Part shown: positions 41,660 through 52,726 of the stretch, piece after piece
Position numbering within the stretch: the stretch's first letter is position 1
Layout: every line of letters begins with the position of its first letter
Source: an uncultured Spirochaetota bacterium
GTDB taxonomy: Bacteria > Spirochaetota > Spirochaetia > SZUA-6 > Fen-1364
Assembly (NCBI GenBank): GCA_963745235.1
Contig: CAVUXE010000015.1
Span: forward strand, 128,001-192,000
Length of the DNA: 64,000 bases
Direction of reading: 5' to 3'
Position numbers and translations under genes: made by a program
The notes under the pieces: generated by a model
Databases searched by the model: none
What the model saw: only the letters and a program-made list of their open reading frames with translations
What the model was told of the DNA's origin: nothing

Positions 41660-42946
41660 ATGGCAGAGAAAAGCGGTGACCTGAAGACTGTCAGCGCGGC
41701 CCAGAGTGTCCTTTCGGGGGAAAAGAAACGAGGCGCGCTGAGGCGGATCCTGCCTTTCCTCGGCCCCGCGTTCATAGCGTGCGTCGCCTACATAGATCCA
41801 GGTAATTTCGCCACCAATGTCCAGGGGGGCTCGGAGTTCGGCCTCATGCTGCTCTGGGTCATCCTTGCCGCAAACCTCATGGCGATGCTGCTGCAGACGC
41901 TCTCCGCGAAGCTGGGGATCGCAACGGGAAAGAACCTGGCCGAGCATTGCCGAGAACGCCTCCCGCAATGGCTGGTTGCCGTCATGTGGATCGTCGCGGA
42001 GATAGCCGCCATGGCCACGGACCTGGCGGAGTTCCTCGGGGCAACCCTCGGGTTCTCCCTGCTTTTCGGGATTCCCTTGTGGATAGGGGTCATCCTCACC
42101 GCCATCGCAACCGTCCTGATCCTCAGCCTGGAGAGGTTCGGGTTCCGTCCCTTGGAGGCGGTCATCACGGCGCTCGTCGGCGTCATAGCGGTGAGCTACA
42201 TCGTGGAGATGGTCCTCGTCCGCCCCCCCCTTGGGCAGGTGTTGGTGCACTCCGTTGTGCCGCAGCTTGCGGGCACGGAAAGCGTCCTCCTCGCGGTTGG
42301 CATCATTGGGGCAACGGTGATGCCGCACGTCATCTTCCTGCATTCCTCGCTCACCCAGAGCCGCATCGTGGTGAAGGAGCCCCGGAAGCTGCGGCGCCTG
42401 CTCCGCTTCGAGATCACCGACGTCGCCATCGCAATGGGCCTGGCGGGGGTCATCAACATGGCCATGCTCATCATGGCGGCGCAGACCTTCCACGTGCACG
42501 GCATGACCAATATCGCCACCATCGAGGACGCGCACAAGACGCTGGTGCCGCTTCTCGGCACCGCGGCGAGCTGGGTGTTCGCCATCTCGCTCCTGGCTTC
42601 CGGCCTCTCCTCCTCCTCTGTCGGGACCATGGCCGGCCAGGTGATCATGCAGGGCTTCATCCGCCGGCAGATACCCGCGTGGGTCCGCAGGCTTGTCACC
42701 ATGGTCCCCTCGGTGGCCGTCATCATCCTGGGCATCGACCCGACCCGCGCCCTGGTCATGAGCCAGGTGGTGCTGAGCTTCGCGCTGCCCTTTCCCGTCA
42801 TCCCCCTGGTCTTCTTCACGCGGAGGAAGGACGTCATGGGCGTCCTGGTCAACAAGCCGCTGACGACAGCCGCCGCTGGTCTGGCGGCGGCCGTTATCCT
42901 GGGGTTGAACGTGTACCTTGTTTACCAGACCTTCGCAGGAGGGTAG
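41660..42946 (+). CDS. mntH: Nramp-family Mn2+/Fe2+ transporter
   Basis: AYIDPGNFATN, GATVMPH, GTMAGQVIMQGF. Confidence 0.96.
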   Translation: MAEKSGDLKTVSAAQSVLSGEKKRGALRRILPFLGPAFIACVAYIDPGNFATNVQGGSEFGLMLLWVILAANLMAMLLQTLSAKLGIATGKNLAEHCRERLPQWLVAVMWIVAEIAAMATDLAEFLGATLGFSLLFGIPLWIGVILTAIATVLILSLERFGFRPLEAVITALVGVIAVSYIVEMVLVRPPLGQVLVHSVVPQLAGTESVLLAVGIIGATVMPHVIFLHSSLTQSRIVVKEPRKLRRLLRFEITDVAIAMGLAGVINMAMLIMAAQTFHVHGMTNIATIEDAHKTLVPLLGTAASWVFAISLLASGLSSSSVGTMAGQVIMQGFIRRQIPAWVRRLVTMVPSVAVIILGIDPTRALVMSQVVLSFALPFPVIPLVFFTRRKDVMGVLVNKPLTTAAAGLAAAVILGLNVYLVYQTFAGG

Positions 42947-42950
42947 CCCG

Positions 42951-43862
42951 ATGTTCAAGCACATCCTCGTCCCCCTGGACGGGTCACGCCTTGCGGAATC
43001 CGCCCTCGGGATGGCAGCGTCGCTTGCAAAGAAGTTCGGCGCCTCCCTCACTCTCATCCACGTGATCGAGAAGGATGCGCCGTCCGAGATCCACAGCGAG
43101 AGGCACCTGGTATCCCCGGATGAGGCAGCGGCATACCTGGACGAGGTGGCCCACCTTTCCGCGCTTTCAGGGGTCCGCGTATCGACCCACGTTCACACAT
43201 CCCAGGTCAGCGACGTGGCGCTCAGCGTCACGGAGCACTCCGCGGAGCTGGCCCCGGACCTCATTGTGATGAGCAGGCATGGCCGGGGAGGAGCGCGGCG
43301 GCTTCTCTTCGGGGCAATCGCGCAGCAGATCATAGCGCTGGGCACGACGCCCGTCCTCCTGGTCCGCCCCTCCACGGACGTGAGAGGGGAGAGCTCCAGC
43401 GCGGACTGGCGCATCATCCTGGCCCCTATTGACGGCGACCCGTCCCATGAGAAAGGCCTCCCTGTCGCCTCGGACCTCGCCATCGCCTTTCACTGCCGGC
43501 TGCACCTCCTGATGGTGGTGCCGACCATCGGAAAGCTCAGCGGCCTGCAGGGCGCCCTCTCTCTCCTGCTTCCGGGGGCCACTCGGGTCAAGCTGGAGAT
43601 GGACAGCGCGGGAGCGCGTGATTACCTGGCGGAACGGGAGAGAGAGCTCCAGAGCAGCGGCGTTCACGCCGGAAGCGAGACCTCCCGGGGAGACCCGGCG
43701 CGCGCAATCGTGAAGGCAGCCCGGCGGCTGACGGCGGACCTCGTCGTCATGGGGACGCACGGAAGGGCGGGAACGGATGCGTTCTGGACCGGAAGCGTCG
43801 CGGCCCAGGTGGTGGCGCGCGCCAGCGTGCCGTTGCTCCTGGTGCCCCTCAAGGAGTCGTAG
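42951..43862 (+). CDS. tandem universal stress protein
   Basis: FKHILVPLDGS, DLIVMSRHGRGG, DLVVMGTHGR...GSVA. Confidence 0.92.
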   Translation: MFKHILVPLDGSRLAESALGMAASLAKKFGASLTLIHVIEKDAPSEIHSERHLVSPDEAAAYLDEVAHLSALSGVRVSTHVHTSQVSDVALSVTEHSAELAPDLIVMSRHGRGGARRLLFGAIAQQIIALGTTPVLLVRPSTDVRGESSSADWRIILAPIDGDPSHEKGLPVASDLAIAFHCRLHLLMVVPTIGKLSGLQGALSLLLPGATRVKLEMDSAGARDYLAERERELQSSGVHAGSETSRGDPARAIVKAARRLTADLVVMGTHGRAGTDAFWTGSVAAQVVARASVPLLLVPLKES

Positions 43863-44829
43863 AAGAGTGCTCAGAGGGCATGCGAGAGAGGGGCTTCAGC
43901 GGCGGCAACGCGGCATCCGTGTCGAGCTCCGGGCCCACGGGAGCAAGCACAGGGGAAGCAGGGACATCGACAGCCGCGGCTGCGTCACCGGCGCCGGCCA
44001 CACCTTCCACCAACGGTGACTGGTTCAGATACTTCTGCATCGAATCCACAAGGGACTTCTCTGACTCCGTCCTGATCAGGCCCGTGAGGCTGAACAGCCC
44101 TTCCTTCGAATGAACGACTCCCGGCCAGGTGCTGCGGGCGCTGGTGAAGCCGGCATCCTTTGCGGCGGCAACCACACGGGAGTTGTACTGGCCGAACGGA
44201 TATGCCAGGGACGTGATGGGAACACCCGTTCGGGCCTCGATGGTCCTCTTGGCGCCGGCGATCTCCCGCTGGAGCGCCTCGTCGCTCCGGATGCGCGTGA
44301 GGTACGGATGCGTGAGGGTGTGGCAGCCAAGCTGCATGCCTTCTTTCGGAAGATTCCTGACCTCGTCCCATGTCATGTGATGCTTCCTGCCGACCACGAC
44401 GACCCAGATGTAGAAAGTCGCCGTGTATCCGTACTTTTTGAGAAGCGGGACGGCGTACCGGTACTGGCTTTCCCAGTCGTCGTCGAACGAGAGGATGACG
44501 GGCCGCGGGGGAAGGGCGGCGCCGTTGCTGATGTGGTTGACCAGGTCATCGAAGCTGATGGAGACATAGCCGTTCTGCTTCAGCCAGCCCAGTTCCTGCT
44601 CCAGGGCGTCAGGGGTGGCAATGTAGCGGCGCACCGCCGGTGTGTCGCTCTGCACGTATGGCCTGACGGAATGGTAGATGAGGATGGGGACGACGGTGGA
44701 CGCGGTTCCCTCACCGTCCCGCGGCTCGGGGGGAACGAGACGGGAAGGCCGGGTCTGAGGCTGCGCAGCCTGCGCAAAGCCCACCGCGTGCATGAAAATG
44801 GCGGCGAAAACGAGCACCCAGAGCTTCAT
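43849..44829 (-). CDS. polysaccharide deacetylase (CE4/NodB), exported
   Basis: VPILIYHS, ILSFDDD, HTLTHPYL, LAYPFG. Confidence 0.9.
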   Translation of the reverse strand: MKLWVLVFAAIFMHAVGFAQAAQPQTRPSRLVPPEPRDGEGTASTVVPILIYHSVRPYVQSDTPAVRRYIATPDALEQELGWLKQNGYVSISFDDLVNHISNGAALPPRPVILSFDDDWESQYRYAVPLLKKYGYTATFYIWVVVVGRKHHMTWDEVRNLPKEGMQLGCHTLTHPYLTRIRSDEALQREIAGAKRTIEARTGVPITSLAYPFGQYNSRVVAAAKDAGFTSARSTWPGVVHSKEGLFSLTGLIRTESEKSLVDSMQKYLNQSPLVEGVAGAGDAAAAVDVPASPVLAPVGPELDTDAALPPLKPLSRMPSEHSSTTP

Positions 44830-44955
44830 CGCGACTGGTGTATGTCACGGAATGGGTATCAAGGTCAAGCCGGACGAGAAGTCGGAGAAGTCGTGGAGAG
44901 TGTCGGCAGCCTGGCCCCGCCGGACGGGCGCGGGGCTCGGCGCCGGGCACTGCCC

Positions 44956-45441
44956 CTACCGGGCTGCGCCCGTCGCCTGCTCCAGCGCTTCTTTTGCCTT
45001 TGGCACCGTTTCCTCGGGTTTCACGCCGTACCAGGCGCGAAGGACCGCGCCCTTCTCATCGATGAGAAACGATGAGCGGATGATGCCCATGGATTTCTTC
45101 CCGTACGAGCTCTTCTCCCCCCAGACCCCGTACGCCTCCGCCGTGGCGTGCTCCGTGTCCGCGAGAAGCGGGAACCCGAGGGAAAACTTGACGTCGAACT
45201 TCTTCTGGTCCTCCGGCGTGTCCGGGCTGATTCCCAGGGTCGCCACGGAAAGCTTCTTGAACTCCTGGCGGGCGTCACGCACGGCGCAGGACTGTGTGGT
45301 GCATCCTGGAGTGTCCGCCCGGGGGTAGAAATACAGGAGGACCTTCCTCCCCCGAAAATCGGAAAGCTTCACGGTTTTTGAATCCTGGTCTCGAAGGGAA
45401 AAGTCAGGGGCAGCATCCCCCTGCGCGAGCTTGTGTTCCAT
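44956..45441 (-). CDS. bcp: thioredoxin-dependent thiol peroxidase (BCP)
   Basis: [26 protein letters not shown]. Confidence 0.95.
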   Translation of the reverse strand: MEHKLAQGDAAPDFSLRDQDSKTVKLSDFRGRKVLLYFYPRADTPGCTTQSCAVRDARQEFKKLSVATLGISPDTPEDQKKFDVKFSLGFPLLADTEHATAEAYGVWGEKSSYGKKSMGIIRSSFLIDEKGAVLRAWYGVKPEETVPKAKEALEQATGAAR

Positions 45442-45536
45442 GAGCAAAAGGTACGGAGCGGGAACACTATCGTCAAACCTGCGTTTCTTTCGCTGTACTG
45501 CTTCCCGCGCGGGAGGCGGCGGCGTATATTTAGCGG

Positions 45537-48500
45537 ATGGTGCACAGGATCGGAGACAAGTCGCCGATCATCGATTCAACGGCCTTCGTCGCCTGGAACG
45601 CGGAGGTGGCAGGAGAGGTGCGGCTCGGGGAGGCGACCAGCGTATGGTTCAGCGCCACCCTGCGGGGAGACCTGGCCGCAATCACCGTAGGAGCCGGGTC
45701 CAACGTCCAGGACGGGGCCACGCTGCATGTCGACACGGGCCTGCCCCTCACCATCGGGGAGAGGGTCACGATAGGCCATAACGCGGTGCTGCACGGCTGC
45801 ACCGTCGGGGACGACTGCCTCATCGGCATGGGCGCGGTGGTTCTGAGCGGCGCGGTGATCGGCAGGGGAAGCATTGTCGGCGCCGGGGCGCTGGTAACGG
45901 AGGGCAAGACGTTCCCCGCGCGCTCGGTCATCCTGGGAAGCCCGGCAAAGCCGGTTCGCAGCGTGGATGATGCCGGTCTGGACAGGATCAGGGAGAACGG
46001 GCGCGCATACGAGGAGCTTGCCCGGCAGGCGGCGCGGGACTACCAGGAGCAAAGCCACGTCCCGGCAGGCCCGGACCTGACGAGCCGCGTGCGTAGGGCC
46101 CTGGAAACCCGCGTGAGCGCCGCGCCTGAGTCCGCAAAAAAAATCACCACGACGAGCTCTCCCCTTTTGTCCCGGGAACTTCTCGACGCCATCGATTCCG
46201 CCATATTGCTGATCGAGCGCGACGGCACCATCCGCCAGGGCAATCAGTACGCGGCCCGCATGCTCGGGTACTCGGTCGGGAGCCTCGACGGACAGAACCT
46301 CGCAGTGCTTTTCCCGCGGAAGGACATGGCCGCGCAGTTCCTCAAACGAATTGCGGCCGAAACGGGGGATGGCGCCGCGCCCGCGGGGCGGACCAGGCTG
46401 GGTCACGCGGGCGGCGGCTTCGTTCCCGTTGCCTACCGGGCCTCTCCCGTTGCCATGGACGGCAGAGACCTGATCCTCCTGACCGCCTCTGACCTGACCG
46501 TGGTGAGCGCGCAGGACCAGGCCATCCGCAGTCTTGCGCGCTTCTCAGATGAGAACCCGTTCCCCGTTCTTCGGATAGCGGATGACGGGACCCTGCTCTA
46601 CGCCAATCCGGGCAGCTGGCTTCTGCTCATGCACTGGAACACGAGCCCGCAGCAGCCGGTGCCGCCGGAATGGAAGGAAACCATCCGGGAAGTCCTGCAG
46701 GGAGAAGAGCGCGGAGAGAGGGAGGTGCAGATCGGCTTCAAGACGCTGCTTCTGAACCTCATCCCTGTCCCGGAAATGGGATACGTCGACATCTTCGGTC
46801 TCGACGTGACCAGCCGGAAGCAGGCGGAGAAAAAGCTCCAGCAGGACGCGCAGGTCTTCGAGAGCGCGACGGAAGGCGTGATGATCACGGACGCGGATCA
46901 GAGAATCCTGGACGTCAACCGCGCCTTCACCACGATCACCGGCTACGCCCGGGAGGAGATACTCGGAGAGAGCGCCAGCATACTCCAGTCCGGCCGACAC
47001 GAGGAAAGCTTCTACCAGGACATGTGGAAGAGCGTGCGGGAGAGGGGGAGCTGGCAGGGGGAGATCTGGGACAGGAGGAAGAACGGAGAGGTCTACCCGA
47101 AGTGGCTCTCCATCAGCGCGGTCCCGGACGAGCACGGGCACGTGGCCCGCTACATCGGGCTGTTCTCCGATATCACCGCCGTGAAGCAGTCGCATGAGCA
47201 GCTCTATCACATGGCCAACTACGACAGCTTGACGGGGCTCGCCAACCGGAGGTTCTTCCACGACCGGCTGGAGCAGAGCCTCCAGGAGGCTCGCCGCTCC
47301 TCGGAGATGGTGGCCGTGATGTTCATTGATCTGGATGGATTCAAGCTGATCAACGACAACATTGGCCACCGGGCGGGGGATGCGCTCCTGCGCTCCGTCG
47401 CGGACCGCATCCGCGAGAGTGTGCGAGACAGCGACACCGTGGCGCGTATGGGAGGGGACGAGTTCACCGTGGTGCTTCCGAGGCTGCGCAACTCCCAGCA
47501 CGCCGTCCTGGTTGCCCAGAAGATCCTGGCCCGGGGGGCAGAGCCCGTGACCGTGGAGCACCAGGAGCTTTTCACCACCTCCAGCATCGGCATCTCCATC
47601 TATCCGAACGACGCCTTCGACGTGGAGGGCCTCCTGCAGTGCGCGGACACGGCGCTGTACAGGGCGAAGGAGCGCGGCAAGAACAGCTACCAGTTCTACT
47701 CACGCGACATGAACAGGACCGCGGTGGAACGGCTCGAGCTGCAGACACAGATGCGCCACGGCTATGAAGCGGGCGAGTTCGCGCTCCACTACCAGCCAAT
47801 GGTGAGCGCCGCCACGGGCCGCGTGGCCGGGCTGGAAGCGCTTGCGCGATGGGGGAGCTCCCGTGACGGGAAACTTCCCCCCGGAACCTTCATTCCCCTG
47901 GCAGAGGAAACCGGCCTCATCCATGACCTGGGCGCTTTCCTCCTGAAACTGGCATGCGACCAGGGCAAGCGATGGCGCGGCCAGTGCGACCGAGGGATGC
48001 GAGTCGGCATCAATCTCTCTCCTTACCAGCTGCGCAGATCGGATTTCGTGAGCCGCGTGGAGCAGATTGTCGAGGAATCCGGGTTTCCTTTCACCGGCCT
48101 GGAGTTCGAGCTCACGGAACGTGCCCTCCTGGAGGAGCTCCCCGACATCCGTGACAAGCTCCGGCGGCTGAAGTCACTCGGGGCCACCATTGCGCTGGAC
48201 GACTTCGGCACCCGGTCTTCTTCCCTGTCCTCGCTTCGAAAGTTCCCCATCGACCGCCTGAAGATCGACAGGTCCTTCATCAAGGACATCCCCCAGGACG
48301 CCAACAGCGTGGAGATCGCATCCGCCATCATCGGGATGGGGCGCAGCCTCAGCCTGGAGGTTGTCGCGGAGGGAGTGCAGACGGCCGAACAGGCAGCTCT
48401 GCTGCGCGACCACGGGTGCGACTTCTTCCAGGGCCGCTTCTTCTGCGAGCCGCTGCCGGTGGATGATCTGCTTGACTACCTGAAACGCGCGTGCGGGGAC

Positions 48501-48545
48501 GGGAACGCGGAGGCCGCCGTCAAGGGAGTCCCAGGCGCTGCCTGA
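45537..48545 (+). CDS. gamma-carbonic-anhydrase-like domain in frame with PAS domains, GGDEF and EAL
   Basis: [25 protein letters not shown]; ENPFPVLR and [15 protein letters not shown] motifs; [14 protein letters not shown]-site, GGDEF; EALARW, ELTE, DDFGT. Confidence 0.85.
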   Translation: MVHRIGDKSPIIDSTAFVAWNAEVAGEVRLGEATSVWFSATLRGDLAAITVGAGSNVQDGATLHVDTGLPLTIGERVTIGHNAVLHGCTVGDDCLIGMGAVVLSGAVIGRGSIVGAGALVTEGKTFPARSVILGSPAKPVRSVDDAGLDRIRENGRAYEELARQAARDYQEQSHVPAGPDLTSRVRRALETRVSAAPESAKKITTTSSPLLSRELLDAIDSAILLIERDGTIRQGNQYAARMLGYSVGSLDGQNLAVLFPRKDMAAQFLKRIAAETGDGAAPAGRTRLGHAGGGFVPVAYRASPVAMDGRDLILLTASDLTVVSAQDQAIRSLARFSDENPFPVLRIADDGTLLYANPGSWLLLMHWNTSPQQPVPPEWKETIREVLQGEERGEREVQIGFKTLLLNLIPVPEMGYVDIFGLDVTSRKQAEKKLQQDAQVFESATEGVMITDADQRILDVNRAFTTITGYAREEILGESASILQSGRHEESFYQDMWKSVRERGSWQGEIWDRRKNGEVYPKWLSISAVPDEHGHVARYIGLFSDITAVKQSHEQLYHMANYDSLTGLANRRFFHDRLEQSLQEARRSSEMVAVMFIDLDGFKLINDNIGHRAGDALLRSVADRIRESVRDSDTVARMGGDEFTVVLPRLRNSQHAVLVAQKILARGAEPVTVEHQELFTTSSIGISIYPNDAFDVEGLLQCADTALYRAKERGKNSYQFYSRDMNRTAVERLELQTQMRHGYEAGEFALHYQPMVSAATGRVAGLEALARWGSSRDGKLPPGTFIPLAEETGLIHDLGAFLLKLACDQGKRWRGQCDRGMRVGINLSPYQLRRSDFVSRVEQIVEESGFPFTGLEFELTERALLEELPDIRDKLRRLKSLGATIALDDFGTRSSSLSSLRKFPIDRLKIDRSFIKDIPQDANSVEIASAIIGMGRSLSLEVVAEGVQTAEQAALLRDHGCDFFQGRFFCEPLPVDDLLDYLKRACGDGNAEAAVKGVPGAA

Positions 48546-49020
48546 GCATGGGCAGCTCATGCTCGAACATCGGGGTAAGAACGTTCGTTCCGACCAATGC
48601 GGCGATCTCTTGAAATGAGAAGAAACTTGCTTCCTCGATCTCCTGCGGGTCCGGGGTTATCTTGCCCTGGTGAGTAAGTACAAAGCAGCGGGCATACTCG
48701 GTCTCGAAGTCGCTGCCGTAGAGGTAGCCGTAAAGGGGCCTGGCCCCTGATGCGTCGATGCCCAGCTCCTCCCGGGCCTCTCGCCTGAGGGCATCAAGGA
48801 CATCCTCCCCCGCCCGTACATGGCCGCCTACGGACGTGTCCCAGAGCCCCGGGTTGGTGTCCTTGGTCATGGCTCTTCTCTGCAGCAAGAGCCTCCCGCC
48901 TGCATCCAGGACGTGGAGGTGAACGACCAGGTGGATCAGAAGGGGGTTCCCGTGAGCGTCCTCCCGCGAGGCCTGGCCAGCGGGATTTCCGTCCCTGTCC
49001 ACAAGCTGGAACATCTCCAT
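48520..49020 (-). CDS. NUDIX hydrolase (IDI-like)
   Basis: LLQRRAMTKD, GGHVRAGEDVLDALRREAREELG Nudix box. Confidence 0.9.
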   Translation of the reverse strand: MEMFQLVDRDGNPAGQASREDAHGNPLLIHLVVHLHVLDAGGRLLLQRRAMTKDTNPGLWDTSVGGHVRAGEDVLDALRREAREELGIDASGARPLYGYLYGSDFETEYARCFVLTHQGKITPDPQEIEEASFFSFQEIAALVGTNVLTPMFEHELPMLRQRLGLP

Positions 49021-49051
49021 CAGGAGCGGCCCCCGCGATCCGACATCACCG

Positions 49052-51305
49052 TCACGTTCGGCCCAGCCTCTTCAGGTGGTACGATACGAAGGTGTCCAGG
49101 GAAGTGATTGCGGAGCGGATGTCGGAGTACACGGGCAGTCCCCCCTCTTCCAGAACAGCCACGAAATCCTGGTAATAGCGCCCCGCGTTCACCGACACAA
49201 CCATGGGTTTTGCATGGCGGGCCGCAATCTGGACAAGCCGGTGAGCAAGCCCGTCGGGATCACGGCATGTCTCCGGGACCGTCTTGAGGGAGACCGCGTG
49301 AGGGACAATTGCGACAAAGACACAGTCCACCGCGTCATCCTCTATCACCGCCTCGGCGAACTGGGCGTACATGGCGTCGTCCGCCATGGGGGTGATGTCG
49401 AGGAACGGTGAGGAAACGTCCACGAGCCCATGCCGGTTTATCTCCGAGAGCCTCTTCACGGTGGCGGCGCCGAGCTTGGCCTGCATCAGGCCCTGCAGCT
49501 CATCAGCGCCAACGGTGGACTCGAAGCCCGGCGTTCACCACCCCTGCCACCCTGTTCCCGCGGGGAGGGCGGGAAGCAAGGAGGGAGAACGTCTTCATGA
49601 GATCGTAGTACTGCTCTATGGTCTCCGCGAGGATCACGCCTGCCTGCTCGCAGGCAGCGCGGAAGACGCTGTAGTTCCCCGACATGGATGCGGTATGGGA
49701 GGCGGCGGAGCGCGCTCCCGCTTCCGTTCGGCCGCCCTTGTAAGCAAGGATGGGCTTGGCGGATTCCCGCGCGCGGTCGAAGAACGCGCGGCCCTCCCCG
49801 GGATCAACGCCCTCGAGGTAGACAGCCATCACGTCCACGGAGGGGTCCCTTTCGAAATACGAGAGAAGGTCTCCAACGCGCACATCGAACTTGTTCCCGA
49901 AGCTCACCACCGCCCGCAAGGGACGGCAGTTGCGAAGCTTGTCGATCACCGTCACAGCCAGCGCGCCGCTCTGCGTGAGGAGCACCTCATTGGCCCGGGG
50001 GGAGGAGCGGACCTCCAGCCGCTTTTCGTTGATGAACAGGGTATTGAGCCCCGGAGCCTCGGCGGCCGCGGCGTGATATACCCCCATGCAGTTGGGGCCC
50101 ATGATCCTGATCCCGGCGGGCAGCGCCTCCAGGAGCTCCCGCGCGTACTGCGCGTACGGGGTTGAGGCCGGCACTCCCGGGATGAGAACAACGGCTCGAA
50201 CGCTGCCGCCGGAAAGCGCGCGAAGGAACTCCGGCGCCGCCTGAGCCGGGGCCGCGTACACGGCAAGCTCCACGGGCGCGGGCAGCTCCTTCAGGTCGCG
50301 ATAGAGGGGATATTCCTTGTCCCCGAACTTCAGGGTGCCGCCCCGCGGGTTCACCAGGAACAGGTCCCCGTGACGCAGCTCGTGCAGGAGCTCCGCTATG
50401 TCACGCGCCAGGTTGTACTTGGACACGTCGGAGGATACCCCTATGACGGCAATTCCCCGGGGACGGAAGAACGCGTCGAGGTTCGACAGGTTCACCCGCG
50501 TGCTCCAGTCCTTCAGGTCTGCCGCGGAAACGAACTCCGCGAGGCCGTCGATGGCAACGAACCGTCCATCCGAGGAGATGGCAAAGGGATTGACCTCGAA
50601 AGCCGTGAAGGCAAAGCGCGGATGCGAGGCCATTGGCGAGTATGCCAGGGCAAGGCTGCTGAAGCCCGCCATGGCGCGCGCCATGAGCTCGAGGTACTCG
50701 GGATGACCGATCTGATCGAACTTGTACCTGATGTGAAGGCTGCGGGTGAACGCCAGCGCCTGCGGGTACTCCATGGGCGGCAGGAACAGGTTGGCCGGGT
50801 CATAGTGCGCCGCAAAAAACTCCGCGTCGTCACCGCCCTTGCTCACGGTGAGCACCGGACCGAAGGCGGGATCCTCCCGAAACCCGATGAGCACCTCGAA
50901 CCCGATGGCCTGCGTGTGGGGGATGTATTCTACCAGGAGGAATCCAGCGATTCGCGGACCTGCCTCCTGGGCAAAGTGCGAAAGCACCTCCTCACGCATG
51001 CGCGACAGGACGAACTGCACGTACAGGGGATCAGCGGCAGAGACTTTCTTTACGCCTCCCAGCTTCTGCTTGTGGGGAATGTCGGGAGAGACGATCTTGA
51101 CAATGAGGGAGTGGCCGAACCCCCGCAGGGTCTGCTCGTTCACCTCCCCGAGATCCCTTACGAAGAGGAACTTCGGAACCGAGAGGCCGAGGGCGGACAG
51201 GATCCCGTAGACCTCGTGCTCGAAGAGGGACTTCCTGCCCTCACTTGCGGCGCATTCGAGGATTCCGTTGATCTTAGACACTGCTGCCGATGTCAGTCCT
51301 TCCAT
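49052..51305 (-). CDS. ADP-forming acyl-CoA synthetase (ATP-grasp plus CoA-binding), frameshift near 49520
   Basis: KIVSPDIPHK, DPAFGPV, IMGPNCMG, TQSGAL, AASHTAS; GGGGAG SD before ATG 51305. Confidence 0.88.
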
Positions 51306-51374
51306 GGCGGCTCCCCCGTGATGTGTGATTACAGGCAGAGTACCACGAACCGGGCGTTCGCGACATCCCTCGGG

Positions 51375-52157
51375 ACGCCATAGGCGGACAATCGAATCAA
51401 GCCGGAAGGTGCGCTCCTCCCCCCTCAGGCGGCAGTCCGCCCTGATACAAATGGAACCGCCCACGATCGAAAACGCCAGGGGGCGGATATCCCTGACGGT
51501 GATCTTCCCCTGGGAGCTCCTGTACTCGATGCGGACCTCGGAGCCCGTACCCATGGCGCCAGCGAGGTTGATCGCAAGGTCCACCAGGGGCGGGACGTGA
51601 CAGATGAAGTCCAGAACCGGCCCGCTTGCCGCCACGAGCGCTGACGGGGAGGCGTCCTCCCCCAGGGTCGTCCGGCACCGCAGGAAAAGCTCCCGACACG
51701 CGTGCGCATCAGCGAGGGCCCTGTGCGTCCCCGCTTCAAGGCGGAGGTCCCGTGTCAGGTTCTCCAGACTGTAGCTCGATCTGGCGGGGAACGCCCGTTT
51801 GGCCATGCCGCGCGTGTCCAGGACAGGGCCCGCGGGCGGAATATGGCCCGTTCGAATGATGTCAGCCGCAAGGAACCCGACGTCGAACGTCGCGTTGTGC
51901 GCCACCGGGGTGCCCTGGCCCAGGAAGCGGAGAAACGCGGGAAGCGCATCCTCGATGGGGGGCGTGCCCTTGACCATCTGGTCCGTGATCCCGTTGACCC
52001 GGGAGGCGACCGGCGGGATGGGAACCCCCGGGTCCACGAGCTGCTGAAAGCTCTCCTGCGCCCGTGCTCCCTCGAAGGCAACAGCCGCCAGCTCGATGAT
52101 GCGGTCCACCCCGGGGACGAGGCCGGTGGTTTCAAGATCGAACGCCACGTAGCGAAT
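51375..52157 (-). CDS. DnaQ-like DEDDh 3'-5' exonuclease with C-terminal WYL domain (no stop before the downstream synthetase in this assembly)
   Basis: AFDLETTG, AHNATFD, HRALADA; IEYRSSQGKITVRDIRP...CRLRGEERTFRLDSI. Confidence 0.85.
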
Positions 52158-52171
52158 GAAAGGCTCCTATA

Positions 52172-52259
52172 GTGGGTACACGTTCAGAAGTACGTGAGTA
52201 CACGTTCAGAAGTACGTGAGTACACGTTCAGAAGTACGTGGGTACACGTTCAGAAGTAC
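52172..52259. repeat. four tandem 22-bp direct repeats GTGRGTACACGTTCAGAAGTAC
   Basis: Units at 52172, 52194, 52216 and 52238, differing only at position 4 (G/A); no spacers. Confidence 0.95.
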
Positions 52260-52726
52260 ATGTCGTACTCTGACATGCGCTTCTGCTTCATGTCCGCGAC
52301 CCACCCCGCGTCGGCGTAGTCAACCTTGCAGAGGTCGTCCTTGAACGAAAGCCCGATAAACGTGCGTTCCAGCTTCCAGCGCGAATAGACGTCCCCGAAG
52401 TCCGCGGGGTCCCCGTACTTGTCCGTCAACGCGTTCAGGACTTCGCTGTAGGTCCTCATGTCCTCCTCGTCATCGAACCTGTACTGGGCCATCACGAGCT
52501 TGTTTTCCTGAAAGATGTAGTTGAGCACGCCGCTGTGACCCATCACGTCGACCTTGGTGCTGAGCATTGTCGTCAGTGTCCCGTTCATCCGGGTGAATTG
52601 GAGCCCTTCGGCGGACATCACCTCTTCCGGCGACATGCCCCAGGTGACCTTCCTGAAGTCCTGCCCGAAGGCGGACAGGGCCGCCAGGAAAAGCAGGACT
52701 GCGGCCGGTCCAACGAGGCGTCTCAT
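52250..52726 (-). CDS. exported hypothetical protein
   Basis: Signal peptide followed by DFRKVTWGMSPEEV...LTDKYGDP. Confidence 0.75.
   Translation of the reverse strand: MRRLVGPAAVLLFLAALSAFGQDFRKVTWGMSPEEVMSAEGLQFTRMNGTLTTMLSTKVDVMGHSGVLNYIFQENKLVMAQYRFDDEEDMRTYSEVLNALTDKYGDPADFGDVYSRWKLERTFIGLSFKDDLCKVDYADAGWVADMKQKRMSEYDMYF

Noticed and set aside
49503-52148. Exonuclease-WYL-acyl-CoA synthetase fusion
   Set aside because: The synthetase has its own SD and ATG (51305) and a -10-like TACTCT, and the linker looks intergenic. Probably a lost stop codon in an error-prone assembly, though not fully excluded.
52172-52259. CRISPR array
   Set aside because: Repeats are directly adjacent with no unique spacers, and no cas genes are present.
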